Assembly: GCA_036396115.1 (NCBI GenBank)
Contig: DASWLN010000168.1
Coordinates: 3,362 to 67,361 of the forward strand
DNA length: 64,000 bases
Origin: Candidatus Zixiibacteriota bacterium
Lineage (GTDB): Bacteria > Zixibacteria > MSB-5A5 > DASWLN01
Direction: 5' to 3'
The translations under genes were made by a program, and so were the position numbers. The notes beneath the pieces are model-generated. The model was not told the DNA's origin. It saw only the letters and a list, made by a program, of their open reading frames with translations, and did not search any database. The stretch's first letter is position 1. Every line of letters starts with the position of its first letter. Shown in pieces: positions 38,401 to 47,617 of this stretch.

Positions 38401-39654
38401 TTGGGACGAAAACTCTGCGCGACTCTTCTTGCACTAACCTTATCCCTAATCCCAGCCGCAGGCCGCTCAAGCGATTTTGTCCTAAGTAGTTTTGTTGAAG
38501 CCGGAAGCTGGTCCACAACACAGGACTGCGAAGAGGATCTGGATGAAACTTTCTCCTATCAGTATTATCATCTAAGATTTGAAGAGAAACTATCCACCAA
38601 GTCAAAATACAGCCTCAGCTCCTTTTTATACCATAAAAATTACACTTCCCTCGATTCCCTGGACAATTTGTCCCGCACGCTAAACTTTCTTTGGTCCTAT
38701 GATGCGGTAAAATCAGGCGCCAAGACCTTCAGTTTGGATCTGGCGCTGGGATATCGGGGAAAGCGCTACGAGGACAACAAAGCCTTTGACTATGACAAGG
38801 TGTACATCCTTCCTTCAGCCGTCTTTGTGCTAAAGGACAATTTAAAACTAGATTTCTCCTTTGGAGTGGAAAACTTCAATTACCTGTCAGGCAAAAACAA
38901 AGATGAGTTCAAGCTTTTGGGCGCAATCGGGTGTGAGAGGTTTTTCGAAAAGAAACAGTTGAAGTTGGGCCTGGGTTACAAAATAGAAAATTCAAGTAAA
39001 AGCCGGCAAGGCCGCAAGAAATTAAAACAGGATGTCTCAATAGGGGCTGTGCTCAAGCCCAAAGCCTCACTTTTGTCTGAACTTGCCTTAAAAATGACCT
39101 TTGGCCAAAGGGACACCAAAGACGATGAAGACCAAGACCAAGATTACGATTATTGCTACAGATCCTTCCTCATCCGAACCAAACACAAGCTCAAAAAGAA
39201 AGTAACCTTTGGCTTTGAGTGTGGATACTTTAAGAAAACTTATGTCAGCGCCCTTTTGGGGTACCATTCTTACCACATTGCCAACAATTGGGACTACCAA
39301 ATTCTGGATAACGAAAAGCACAAAGTAACCTTGGGGCTATGGCTTGAACACAAAAGCGTGGATTATATTGGCGGCCAAAGAAGCGACTACCGAAAGGAGA
39401 CTATCAAAACCAAAGTCAACTTCCAGACCAAAAAGGAATGGAAGCTTGGAGCTGGACTAGAAGAGAATTTTTACATATACCAAACACCAGCCAAAGACAA
39501 AAACAGGACTTATTTTGTATTTTCGCTGGAGAAAGCATTTTTCTCAAGGCGTTTTCTTTTGCAGGCTGATTTTAAAACAAGATTTACTGACTACAAATAC
39601 CAAAACGACCAGGAACAGAAGGCAGTTAGATTGGGAATTGAATATAGGTTTTAA
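38401..39654 (+). CDS. putative outer-membrane beta-barrel protein
   Basis: Signal peptide. Alternating amphipathic strands. C-terminal ...LGIEYRF with terminal Phe typical of OMPs. Confidence 0.5.
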   Translation: MGRKLCATLLALTLSLIPAAGRSSDFVLSSFVEAGSWSTTQDCEEDLDETFSYQYYHLRFEEKLSTKSKYSLSSFLYHKNYTSLDSLDNLSRTLNFLWSYDAVKSGAKTFSLDLALGYRGKRYEDNKAFDYDKVYILPSAVFVLKDNLKLDFSFGVENFNYLSGKNKDEFKLLGAIGCERFFEKKQLKLGLGYKIENSSKSRQGRKKLKQDVSIGAVLKPKASLLSELALKMTFGQRDTKDDEDQDQDYDYCYRSFLIRTKHKLKKKVTFGFECGYFKKTYVSALLGYHSYHIANNWDYQILDNEKHKVTLGLWLEHKSVDYIGGQRSDYRKETIKTKVNFQTKKEWKLGAGLEENFYIYQTPAKDKNRTYFVFSLEKAFFSRRFLLQADFKTRFTDYKYQNDQEQKAVRLGIEYRF

Positions 39655-39656
39655 AG

Positions 39657-39880
39657 GTACGGAACAGGCATGGAGCGTTCCGTACAAAAACGGCGACATT
39701 AGAAATTGTGCCCCCGTAGGGACAGGTCGGGTGGAACATCCCGCTAGAAGGTATGATAGGGAGCAGACATGCCGCCGTGGTAATGAACGGGCATGGCGCC
39801 GTAGGGACAGGTCGAGTGGAACATCCCGCTAGAAGCGTGGAACCTGTCCTTACAGAGACGTCAATATCAAACAATCCCGG
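39657..39880. repeat. island REP cluster R1 (GTACGGAACAGGCATGGAGCGTTCCGTAC, GTAGGGACAGGTCG(G/A)GTGGAACATCCCGCTAGAAG units)
   Basis: Direct copy of these units recurs at 41648-41785 on the other side of the AbiE pair. Confidence 0.8.
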
Positions 39881-40001
39881 TTATTACCGGTTCGTATGAA
39901 TCCGTGGGTACAAAATCCCCAGAGAGAATATTTATTGACATACGAAGCTGGCAAGAGTATATTATTTTCAGTTTATCAAAAAGCACCCAACGGGGTTAAA
40001 T

Positions 40002-40775
40002 GTGAAAGAAAAAGTAATAGCAAAAAAGACGCTTTCTATTAAGGAAATAGACCTCATAACGCGTTTGGAATTCTATGGGAAAGAAATCTATACCAAAGGG
40101 GAGATTGTCTCTTTCTGTGGTGGTAGCAAACCCGCGGCATACTTGATAAAGAAGTTGTTGGAAAAAAACAGATTGAGGAAGATTATCAAAAACGTCTATC
40201 TTTTTGTTCCAATGAAGGCTCCAGGTGGCCTCTGGGCTGGGAATGAGTATTTAATTGCCAAAGCTTTGGCAAGAGGAGCTCGCTATTACATAGGATATTC
40301 CGCAGTATTTAATTCCTATGGCTTTACAGATCAAGTTGCGCAAACTATGCATGTTATCAATGATAGATATTCAATGCGTAAAACAGTTTTTGGGGTCAGG
40401 TATAAGTTGATAAAAGTTTTGCCCAACCGGCTTTACGGGTTAGAGACTCGCAAAATAGACAACGAGGATGTTGTTTTCCCGAAAAAGGAACGGGCAATGA
40501 TAGATGTGTTTGAGTTTTATAATGTAAGGAAAGCATACAGCATATTAACCGACCAAATATCTGAACTTAATACGCCCCTTCTTATCAACTATCTGACGCA
40601 ATATCCTGTTCTGGGAGTGCGAAGACGCGTGGGCTATTTTCTCGAAAAACTGAGGATCAATAGAGACCTTTTGAGTAAAATAAAAGTTGGCGAAAAAGGA
40701 TACTCCCCCTTATACGACATAGGCTCAAATCAAGGAAAGATCAATAATCGATGGAGAATTGTTATCAATGGATAG
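40002..40775 (+). CDS. abiEi: type IV toxin-antitoxin antitoxin AbiEi-like transcriptional regulator
   Basis: ~257 aa with an N-terminal wHTH. Immediately upstream of, and overlapping, an AbiEii-family gene. Confidence 0.65.
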   Translation: MKEKVIAKKTLSIKEIDLITRLEFYGKEIYTKGEIVSFCGGSKPAAYLIKKLLEKNRLRKIIKNVYLFVPMKAPGGLWAGNEYLIAKALARGARYYIGYSAVFNSYGFTDQVAQTMHVINDRYSMRKTVFGVRYKLIKVLPNRLYGLETRKIDNEDVVFPKKERAMIDVFEFYNVRKAYSILTDQISELNTPLLINYLTQYPVLGVRRRVGYFLEKLRINRDLLSKIKVGEKGYSPLYDIGSNQGKINNRWRIVING

Positions 40776-41631
40776 GGACAAGCTGGCGAGAATAATACCT
40801 GTCATTGCGCAAGAATATAACTTCAGATTGGAAATCATTGAGAAAGACTTTTATTTGACCCTCATTTTGAATAGTGTTGAGTCGCATTTAAGCGACAAAA
40901 TCGTCTTCAAGGGCGGAACGCTCTTAAATAAAATTCATCTTAATTATCACAGACTGAGCGAGGATATCGATTTTACATACCTTAGTCCGGATGGCTTAGA
41001 CACCCGCTCGAAAAGATCACATGCTTTGGCCCCGATAAGAGAGAAGATGCCCGAACTGTTGAAGCTTTTGGACCTGAAAAGCGAAAAACCCGAAGGGCAA
41101 GGTTTTAATAACTCCACTCAATATGTATTCAACATTTCCTACCCTTCTTTGATTTCCGGAAAGGACGAAAACATACAGTTAGAAATTTCATTAAGACAAA
41201 CGCCTATAGATAAGCCCGTGCATAATGTCATCGCACATTTTTATAAGGATCCTTTTACGGGTGAGGATTTAATTCCCAAGAATAAGATACTCTCGCTTTC
41301 TTTAAATGAAGCGGTTGCGGAGAAACTCAAAGCTTCAATAACAAGGAAAGATGCAGCTATCCGCGATTACTATGACTTATGGTATATATCGGAGACCAAA
41401 TTCGACTTTGAAGATAAAAAGTTCCTTTACATATTCAAGAAGAAGCTTGAATCCGAGAAATACAGAGCCAATTATTCATATAATTTCGGCTTGGATCAAA
41501 AAAAGGTTGAATTGCTTCATAAGCAAATAGAGACGGAATTAATACCTGTTATTCATGTAGGTGAAAGTTTTGATCTTGATAAAGTTTTCAGGCGGTTTAA
41601 TAGGATCTTGCAGAAAATATGGCGTGCGTGA
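40759..41631 (+). CDS. abiEii: nucleotidyltransferase AbiEii/AbiGii toxin family protein (DUF1814)
   Basis: IVFKGGTLLNKIHLNYHRLSEDIDFTY matches the KGGTAL...RFSEDID NTase signature. Confidence 0.8.
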   Translation: MLSMDRDKLARIIPVIAQEYNFRLEIIEKDFYLTLILNSVESHLSDKIVFKGGTLLNKIHLNYHRLSEDIDFTYLSPDGLDTRSKRSHALAPIREKMPELLKLLDLKSEKPEGQGFNNSTQYVFNISYPSLISGKDENIQLEISLRQTPIDKPVHNVIAHFYKDPFTGEDLIPKNKILSLSLNEAVAEKLKASITRKDAAIRDYYDLWYISETKFDFEDKKFLYIFKKKLESEKYRANYSYNFGLDQKKVELLHKQIETELIPVIHVGESFDLDKVFRRFNRILQKIWRA

Positions 41632-41647
41632 TATCCGTAAAAAGATA

Positions 41648-41785
41648 GTAGGGAACGGTCGCGTGGAACATCCCGCTAAAAGCGTGGAACCTGTCCCTAC
41701 AAAAACGGTGACATTAGAAATTGTGCCCCCGTAGGGACAGGTCGCGACCTGTCCTTAACAGAGACACCAATATCACAAGTTGTTT
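41648..41785. repeat. island REP cluster R2
   Basis: GTAGGGAACGGTCGCGTGGAACATCCCGCTAAAAGCGTGGAACCTGTCCCTAC plus GTAGGGACAGGTCGCGACCTGTCC. Confidence 0.8.
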
Positions 41786-41965
41786 GGCCTCGAGTTGGGA
41801 GAATTGAGTTGACAGAGCAATGAATTTGGAGCATATAAATAGGGTAGGTAAGATTGGTAAGACAGCTTATCCGCGAGCAAAGCAAATTCGCGCAACGAAG
41901 ATAGGACGATGGTGGGTTAAGCCTGAGGATTTAGAAAGTTTTATTAAAAGCAGGAGCAACATTCA

Positions 41966-42412
41966 ATGATGAAAATGACAAAAATTAGAGACAAATTAGA
42001 TTTAATTAGAGGGGAAATTATTTCATCTACAGCAAGAGTTGAATTTATTCTGGGCTATAAGTTAAGAAAATATTTTTTCCCCAAGGCCAATAATAAAGCA
42101 ACGATTCTTTTCTGGAACGTTATTAATACTCCTTTCCTTAATTTTGATAATAAAATTAGTCTTTATGAATCAATCCCGTATTTTAAAAAATTAAAAGGTC
42201 ATTCAGAGATTAAGAAATCTTTAAGGTTTATCCAAAAATTGAGAAATAAAATGGCTCATTGGGAACTGGATGAAAAGGAAAGCGACTTGAAGAATATTGT
42301 TATGTTTACATTGGTCGGGAAATATAGAAAAATAACAATTAATGATAGTTCAATTGAAGATTATAGGAAGCATGTTAATTTTCTTCTAAACAAATTTGGT
42401 TATAGTAGATGA
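41966..42412 (+). CDS. small HEPN-domain protein (Rx4-6H motif LRNKMAH)
   Basis: 148 aa, all-helical. HEPN signature seen directly in the sequence. Sits 115 nt upstream of the PHP-ATPase gene. Confidence 0.5.
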   Translation: MMKMTKIRDKLDLIRGEIISSTARVEFILGYKLRKYFFPKANNKATILFWNVINTPFLNFDNKISLYESIPYFKKLKGHSEIKKSLRFIQKLRNKMAHWELDEKESDLKNIVMFTLVGKYRKITINDSSIEDYRKHVNFLLNKFGYSR

Positions 42413-42526
42413 ATTTATCAGGCTTCGGTACTTGGATGCATTCATTAAGGCAAGGACAAATAAGTGAGAAAGATTTATTAATTCTGTTGAATCACATGCA
42501 TTGGGAGAGAATATAGATGCTGACAG

Positions 42527-45355
42527 ATGGAACGTTGTATGGATAAAGGTGCGCATTTTTACAGGTGTGATTTTCAAGTTCACACTCCGCGTGATCTAAA
42601 TTGGGCTGGTCCCGAGGCCGTTACACCCGAAGAAAGAAAGACATATGCGGAAGAACTGATTTTGGTTTGTCGATCCAAAGGTCTCGATGCAATCGCGATC
42701 ACGGATCATCATGACTTCGCCTTCTTCCCATACATCAAACAAGCGGCTAAAGATGAGCTTGACGACAACGGTCAACGGGTTTCTGCACACAAAAGGATCG
42801 TTGTCTTTCCTGGCATTGAAGTTACTTTAACTGCTCCGAATTGCCAAGCGTTACTTATCCTCGACGCAGACTTCCCGGAGAATCTCCTTCCAAGCGTTTT
42901 AACCGCACTGGCCATCACACCTGCGCCGGCAGAACATTCAAAGCACGCGGATGTACAGCGAATTCCCCAGAATGTTGTTAGCGATCTGACGGATTTATAT
43001 CAAAAACTGAATAGTCACCAGCAACTGAAGAATCGGTTTATCGTTTTACCTAATGTGAGCGAAACCGGATGCGGCACAATGCTACGATCCGGATTTGGTA
43101 ATTTCTATAAATCAATGCCATGCGTTGGTGGCTACACGGACGGCCCAGTGTCGCAATTTGGTACCGGGAACTTATCGATTGTTCGAGGAGAAAATCGAGA
43201 GTACGGTTTTAAGGCGATCGGAATCTTTCAAACATCTGATAATAGAAAACGCAATCACGAAGACCTCGGCAAATACACCACATGGGTTAAGTGGTCTGAG
43301 CCAACAGCGGAGGCCTTAAGACAGGCGTGTTTAGCAAAAGAATCAAGGATATCGCAAGAAGTTCCTTTGTTACCACCGGTATTCGTGACGTCAATTGATG
43401 TTTCTAACAGTAAATTCATGGGACAAATTTATCTGGAATTTAGCCAGCAATACAACGCCATAATCGGTGGTCGTGGAACTGGAAAATCAACAATCTTAGA
43501 ATATCTTAGATGGGGTTTGTGCGATCAGGTTTCAGAAATTGTACAAGATGAGGGAGAAATTCCTGGGTATCAGGAAAAAAGAAGGAAGCTTATAGAAAAG
43601 ACCCTGCTTCCGTTTGATTCTACGGTTCAGATTTCATTTGTCAAAAACAACGTTCCCCACATCCTTAGAAGAAAATCCGGAACGAACGAGATGTCTCTAA
43701 AAATTGGATCGGGGGAATTTCAACCTTGTGGTGAGGAGGATGTTAGAAACTTGCTCGCAATCCAAGCCTACAGCCAAAAGCAATTAAGCAGTGTCGGTGT
43801 CAGCATTGAGGAATTGAAAAGGCTGATTTATAGCCCCATCAGGCAAACGCTTAACGAGTTTGATTTAAAATTTGAGAAATTGCGCTCCGATATCAGAAGT
43901 TGCTATGAACTATGGCAGCAAAAAAAATTGATCGCATCTGAAATTGAGAAGGGCGAGCTTGAGCTTAAGTCATTGACTGAGCAAGTGGAAGGTCTCCGAC
44001 AAGGGCTAAAAGGAATCTCTGATCAAGATAAGGCTACAATTGCCTCCCATAAGCAATATGAAATTGTTGAGCAACATGTTGACGGTTGGCACGGAGAACT
44101 GGCGACGGCAAGAGAGGCATTAGAAACCATCAAAAGAGAACTCGCCGAGTATCCCACGACCGTACCTGATGATGTCAAATTGCCTGACACTGAGCTCATA
44201 GTTGTTACGGATATTCAGAAGACACTCAAAGACATTTTTGATGAGATTAACGCGACAGTTGATTCTTTGGGTGACAGATTAAATCCTAAGGGAGAGGTTC
44301 TGACCAAGTTAAACGATTTGATAGATAGTTGGAAAGGTGCTCTCAATCAACATAAGCGACAATATGAATCCGCAAAGCAAAAATCAACTTCACAGGAATC
44401 GACCTTAAAGCAAATCCAGATAATCGAAGATAGGGTTAAAGAAATAAGAAGATCTTTAACGGAAAGAAAGCAAGCCATGCTAAAAACAGGAGATCCCGAC
44501 ACAAAATTTAACGTCCTTAAAGAAGAGTGGTTTAACGCCCATAAGGAAAAGGCTGATTTGTTTCAAGCCCAAAGTGAGAAGTTGAATGAATTATCTGATG
44601 ATAATTTAAAAGCAACTCTAGGCAGAGGAAAGGGCACGGTAAACCTAGAAAACGTGCTAAAGGAGATAATCTCAGGTTCAAACGTGAGGAAGGAGAAAAT
44701 AGAATCTTTGTGCCAGAGAATTAAAGAGGCGACGGATCCTATTCAACAATGGAATCAAATCTTGGCCGAGTTTGAAGCAATTGCTCACTTCGATCCAACC
44801 AAAACCCCCGCCGCGACTTTACCGGCAACACCGATTTTAAGCTCTATCGGTTTTAGTGCAAACGATCTACGCAAAATAGCAGAGAAAATAAATAGCGAAA
44901 ACTGGATTGATCTATTTCTTGTTCAGTTGGACGATCTGCCTTTGTTTGAGTATCGTACTCGTGAAGGTGAGTATATAGAATTCACAGATGCTTCTGCCGG
45001 TCAACAGGCAACGTCTCTAATGAGGGTTTTATTAAATCAAGAAGGGCCTCCTCTTATAATTGATCAGCCGGAGGATGACTTGGATAATCGGATGGTTTCG
45101 GATATTGCGACTTTAATTTGGAAATCCAAGAAAACGAGGCAGTTAATATTCACAAGCCACAATGCAAACATTGTGGTTAATGGCGATGCAGAGTTGGTTG
45201 TCTGTTGCGGATACAAGGTTACGGGTGATCAATCAAAGGGTGAAATTAAGAATCAGGGAGCAATTGATATTGAGGAGATACGAGAGGAAATTATAGAGGT
45301 TATGGAGGGCGGCGAGGCAGCATTTAAGCTTCGCAAAGAAAAGTTTGGATTTTGA
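42527..45355 (+). CDS. PHP-family phosphoesterase fused to a Rad50/SMC-like ABC ATPase with a long coiled-coil insert (PplA-like defense protein)
   Basis: PHP motifs CDFQVHTPRD, AIAITDHHD, FPGIEVT. Walker A IIGGRGTGKSTILEYL. ~400 aa coiled coil. ABC signature SAGQQ, Walker B LIIDQPEDDLD, H-loop FTSHN. Alternative start at 42539. Confidence 0.7.
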   Translation: MERCMDKGAHFYRCDFQVHTPRDLNWAGPEAVTPEERKTYAEELILVCRSKGLDAIAITDHHDFAFFPYIKQAAKDELDDNGQRVSAHKRIVVFPGIEVTLTAPNCQALLILDADFPENLLPSVLTALAITPAPAEHSKHADVQRIPQNVVSDLTDLYQKLNSHQQLKNRFIVLPNVSETGCGTMLRSGFGNFYKSMPCVGGYTDGPVSQFGTGNLSIVRGENREYGFKAIGIFQTSDNRKRNHEDLGKYTTWVKWSEPTAEALRQACLAKESRISQEVPLLPPVFVTSIDVSNSKFMGQIYLEFSQQYNAIIGGRGTGKSTILEYLRWGLCDQVSEIVQDEGEIPGYQEKRRKLIEKTLLPFDSTVQISFVKNNVPHILRRKSGTNEMSLKIGSGEFQPCGEEDVRNLLAIQAYSQKQLSSVGVSIEELKRLIYSPIRQTLNEFDLKFEKLRSDIRSCYELWQQKKLIASEIEKGELELKSLTEQVEGLRQGLKGISDQDKATIASHKQYEIVEQHVDGWHGELATAREALETIKRELAEYPTTVPDDVKLPDTELIVVTDIQKTLKDIFDEINATVDSLGDRLNPKGEVLTKLNDLIDSWKGALNQHKRQYESAKQKSTSQESTLKQIQIIEDRVKEIRRSLTERKQAMLKTGDPDTKFNVLKEEWFNAHKEKADLFQAQSEKLNELSDDNLKATLGRGKGTVNLENVLKEIISGSNVRKEKIESLCQRIKEATDPIQQWNQILAEFEAIAHFDPTKTPAATLPATPILSSIGFSANDLRKIAEKINSENWIDLFLVQLDDLPLFEYRTREGEYIEFTDASAGQQATSLMRVLLNQEGPPLIIDQPEDDLDNRMVSDIATLIWKSKKTRQLIFTSHNANIVVNGDAELVVCCGYKVTGDQSKGEIKNQGAIDIEEIREEIIEVMEGGEAAFKLRKEKFGF

Positions 45356-45405
45356 TAGGTGGGAAAAATTATTAAGGCTTTATTCAATTAAACAGTAGGT
45401 AAAAA

Positions 45406-45729
45406 ATGGCGATGAAGAAATCTGAACTTTACAGCTCTCTTTGGAAAAGCTGCGATGAATTAAGAGGCGGGATGGACGCCTCACAGTATAAAGACTATGT
45501 GTTGGTTTTGTTGTTTGTCAAATACATCTCTGATAAATATGCTGGCGTGACTTACGCCCCGATCACTATTCCTCAAGGTTCAGGCTTCAAGGATATGGTG
45601 GCACTCAAGGATAAGGCGACTATTGGCGACGACATCAACAAAAGAATTATCCAAAAAATTGAAGAGGCAAATCCATCGCTTGGAAATATTGCCGTTGATT
45701 TTAACGATCCAGCAAAATTAGACAGGTGG
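45406..45729 (+). pseudogene. hsdM: type I R-M methyltransferase HsdM, N-terminal fragment only
   Basis: SELYSSLWKSCDELRGGMDASQYKDYVLVLLFVKYISDKY is the HsdM_N signature. The reading frame then runs straight into repeat cluster R3, with no MTase catalytic domain. Confidence 0.65.
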
Positions 45730-45815
45730 CCCACAGCTCTGCTGTGGGACAATTGCGGAACGGTCTCGTGGAACATCCCGCTAGTGGCGTGGAACCTGTC
45801 CTTACAGAGATGTTG
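45724..45815. repeat. island REP cluster R3 (GGTGGCCCACAGCTCTGCTGTGGG plus CGGAACGGTCTCGTGGAACATCCCGCTAGTGGCGTGGAACCTGTCC)
   Basis: Same composite as 51098-51180. Confidence 0.8.
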
Positions 45816-45908
45816 ACAGAGCAAGCGGGATTGTTCTATAATATAGAACAGTTGTATGATATGAGCGAACTTGATCTATTATAATTTCAAGAATTTTGGG
45901 TAGGGTCA

Positions 45909-46817
45909 ATGATTATTGCAGAACGACAAGTTAAACCTTTTCTCAAATGGGCCGGCGGTAAAGGTCAGCTTATCGAACAAGTTGTTTCATACTTACCCTC
46001 TTCTCTAAAGGAAGGAAGAATAAAGAAATACTTTGAACCTTTTTTGGGCGGTGGGGCTCTTTTCTTCTGGTTGGCCAAACAATACGAGTTCAGGTCGTCT
46101 TACTTGTACGAAATTAATCCCGCAGTATGTCTTTGTTATCAAGTCATCAAAAAGAATGTGAGAAAGCTGGTTAAGGAATTACAGCAGTTGGAATTAGAAT
46201 ACTTTTCGTCTACTGAAAATAGAAAAGAACAAATTTACTACGATAGACGAGAAGAATTTAATGCGTTTTTACACGGGAAGGCATCCAATGGCGTTGTCCA
46301 TCGAACTGCCCTGTTAATATTTCTTAATAAAACGTGTTATAATGGGCTCTATCGCGTGAATTCACAAGGCGAATTTAATGTTCCCTTCGGACGATATAAG
46401 AAACCTACGATTTGCGACGAAGACAATCTTCATGCTGTTAGTGAATTACTGCAAAAGGCAGAGATCGTTTGTGGGGATTTTGCGCTATGTTTGGACTATG
46501 CGGACGACAAATCTTTTGTTTACTTTGATCCGCCATATCGACCCATATCTTCGACGTCAAGCTTTACGAGTTATTCAAAGGGTGTTTTTGATGATGCCGA
46601 GCAGAAACGCTTAAGAAAGGTTTATGGTTCGCTCGATAAGAAAGGTGCTTGCATAATGCTAAGCAATTCTGACCCAAAGAACATGAACCCCGAAGATAAT
46701 TTCTTTGATGAATTGTATAACAGATATCGTATTGTAAGGTTGAATGCAACAAGACTTATCAATTGCAACGCCAACCAAAGGGGCGTTATCACCGAGATAT
46801 TAGTGATGAACTATTAA
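45909..46817 (+). CDS. Dam-family (alpha-class, D12) N6-adenine DNA methyltransferase
   Basis: PFLKWAGGKGQL motif I and DPPY motif IV (FDPPY). Confidence 0.85.
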   Translation: MIIAERQVKPFLKWAGGKGQLIEQVVSYLPSSLKEGRIKKYFEPFLGGGALFFWLAKQYEFRSSYLYEINPAVCLCYQVIKKNVRKLVKELQQLELEYFSSTENRKEQIYYDRREEFNAFLHGKASNGVVHRTALLIFLNKTCYNGLYRVNSQGEFNVPFGRYKKPTICDEDNLHAVSELLQKAEIVCGDFALCLDYADDKSFVYFDPPYRPISSTSSFTSYSKGVFDDAEQKRLRKVYGSLDKKGACIMLSNSDPKNMNPEDNFFDELYNRYRIVRLNATRLINCNANQRGVITEILVMNY

Positions 46818-46826
46818 AAAGGATGT

Positions 46827-47600
46827 ATGATGGCGAATAGCAAATCTTGGAAGAAAATTGTTGACGACTATGAAATCTTAGGGCACGACTTTGACAAATC
46901 GCCGTTTGTGCTTTCTGCAAATCAAATAAAGAGAGCATGTCAGGAATTTAAAGAAACCGGCGAGAAAGAGGTTCGTATTTTGTGCAAACAGGATAATCGT
47001 GAAGACCGACCAGACGTCTTCATTGAAAATGGTCTTTTCCTGCTACCTGTCAGAAATGGCCTCTACAATATCATTAAAGGAGAGGGATATGTTGATATTC
47101 CGGAAATAAAGAAAGAGACTGCTATTTATTCTTCAATGCTTGATTTTAAATTAGAGACAACAGAAGTTGGGAACTCTGAAATGCAACATCTTGATTATGC
47201 TTATGCTAGCAGTCTAATACGCACATTCATGGACGATTCGTCGCTTGTATTGACAATAAGGGGAAGAAAGTACACGCCGGAATTCGAATTTTCTATTGGA
47301 AAGCATCAGATTAAAGTAGCAAGCGTACAAACTGAAGTTGACGCTGGTTATGAGGGGAAAAATCAGGTTGTTTTGATTGAGGCAAAAAATTTCAGTGCAA
47401 CAAACATTATTATTCGGCAACTTTACTATCCCTTTAGACAATGGCAGGCGCGAACGAAGAAAAAAGTAGTCACTTTATTTTTTGATAAAAACCCTGGCGA
47501 TAATTCTTATTCAATTTGGCATTTTGAATTTACAGATTCCCAGAACTATAACAGCATTCGGTTAGTAAAATCTGGTAAATATAGAATCATAGAAAAATAA
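46827..47600 (+). CDS. putative type II restriction endonuclease (PD-(D/E)xK)
   Basis: EVDAGY...VVLIEAK provides the D...E-x-K core. Sandwiched between two MTases as in DpnII/MboI/LlaDCHI-type systems. Confidence 0.5.
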   Translation: MMANSKSWKKIVDDYEILGHDFDKSPFVLSANQIKRACQEFKETGEKEVRILCKQDNREDRPDVFIENGLFLLPVRNGLYNIIKGEGYVDIPEIKKETAIYSSMLDFKLETTEVGNSEMQHLDYAYASSLIRTFMDDSSLVLTIRGRKYTPEFEFSIGKHQIKVASVQTEVDAGYEGKNQVVLIEAKNFSATNIIIRQLYYPFRQWQARTKKKVVTLFFDKNPGDNSYSIWHFEFTDSQNYNSIRLVKSGKYRIIEK

Positions 47601-47617
47601 ATGAGTCATTAAGCGCA

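Noticed and set aside
39515-39874. ORFs 39515..39832(+), 39626..39874(-), 51074..51656(-), 52578..52835(+), 53523..53852 and 54875..55149 inside the REP clusters
   Set aside because: Repeat-derived reading frames (e.g. ...NGRVDDCDVRNGRV..., the translation of the 30-nt tandem units). Not genes.
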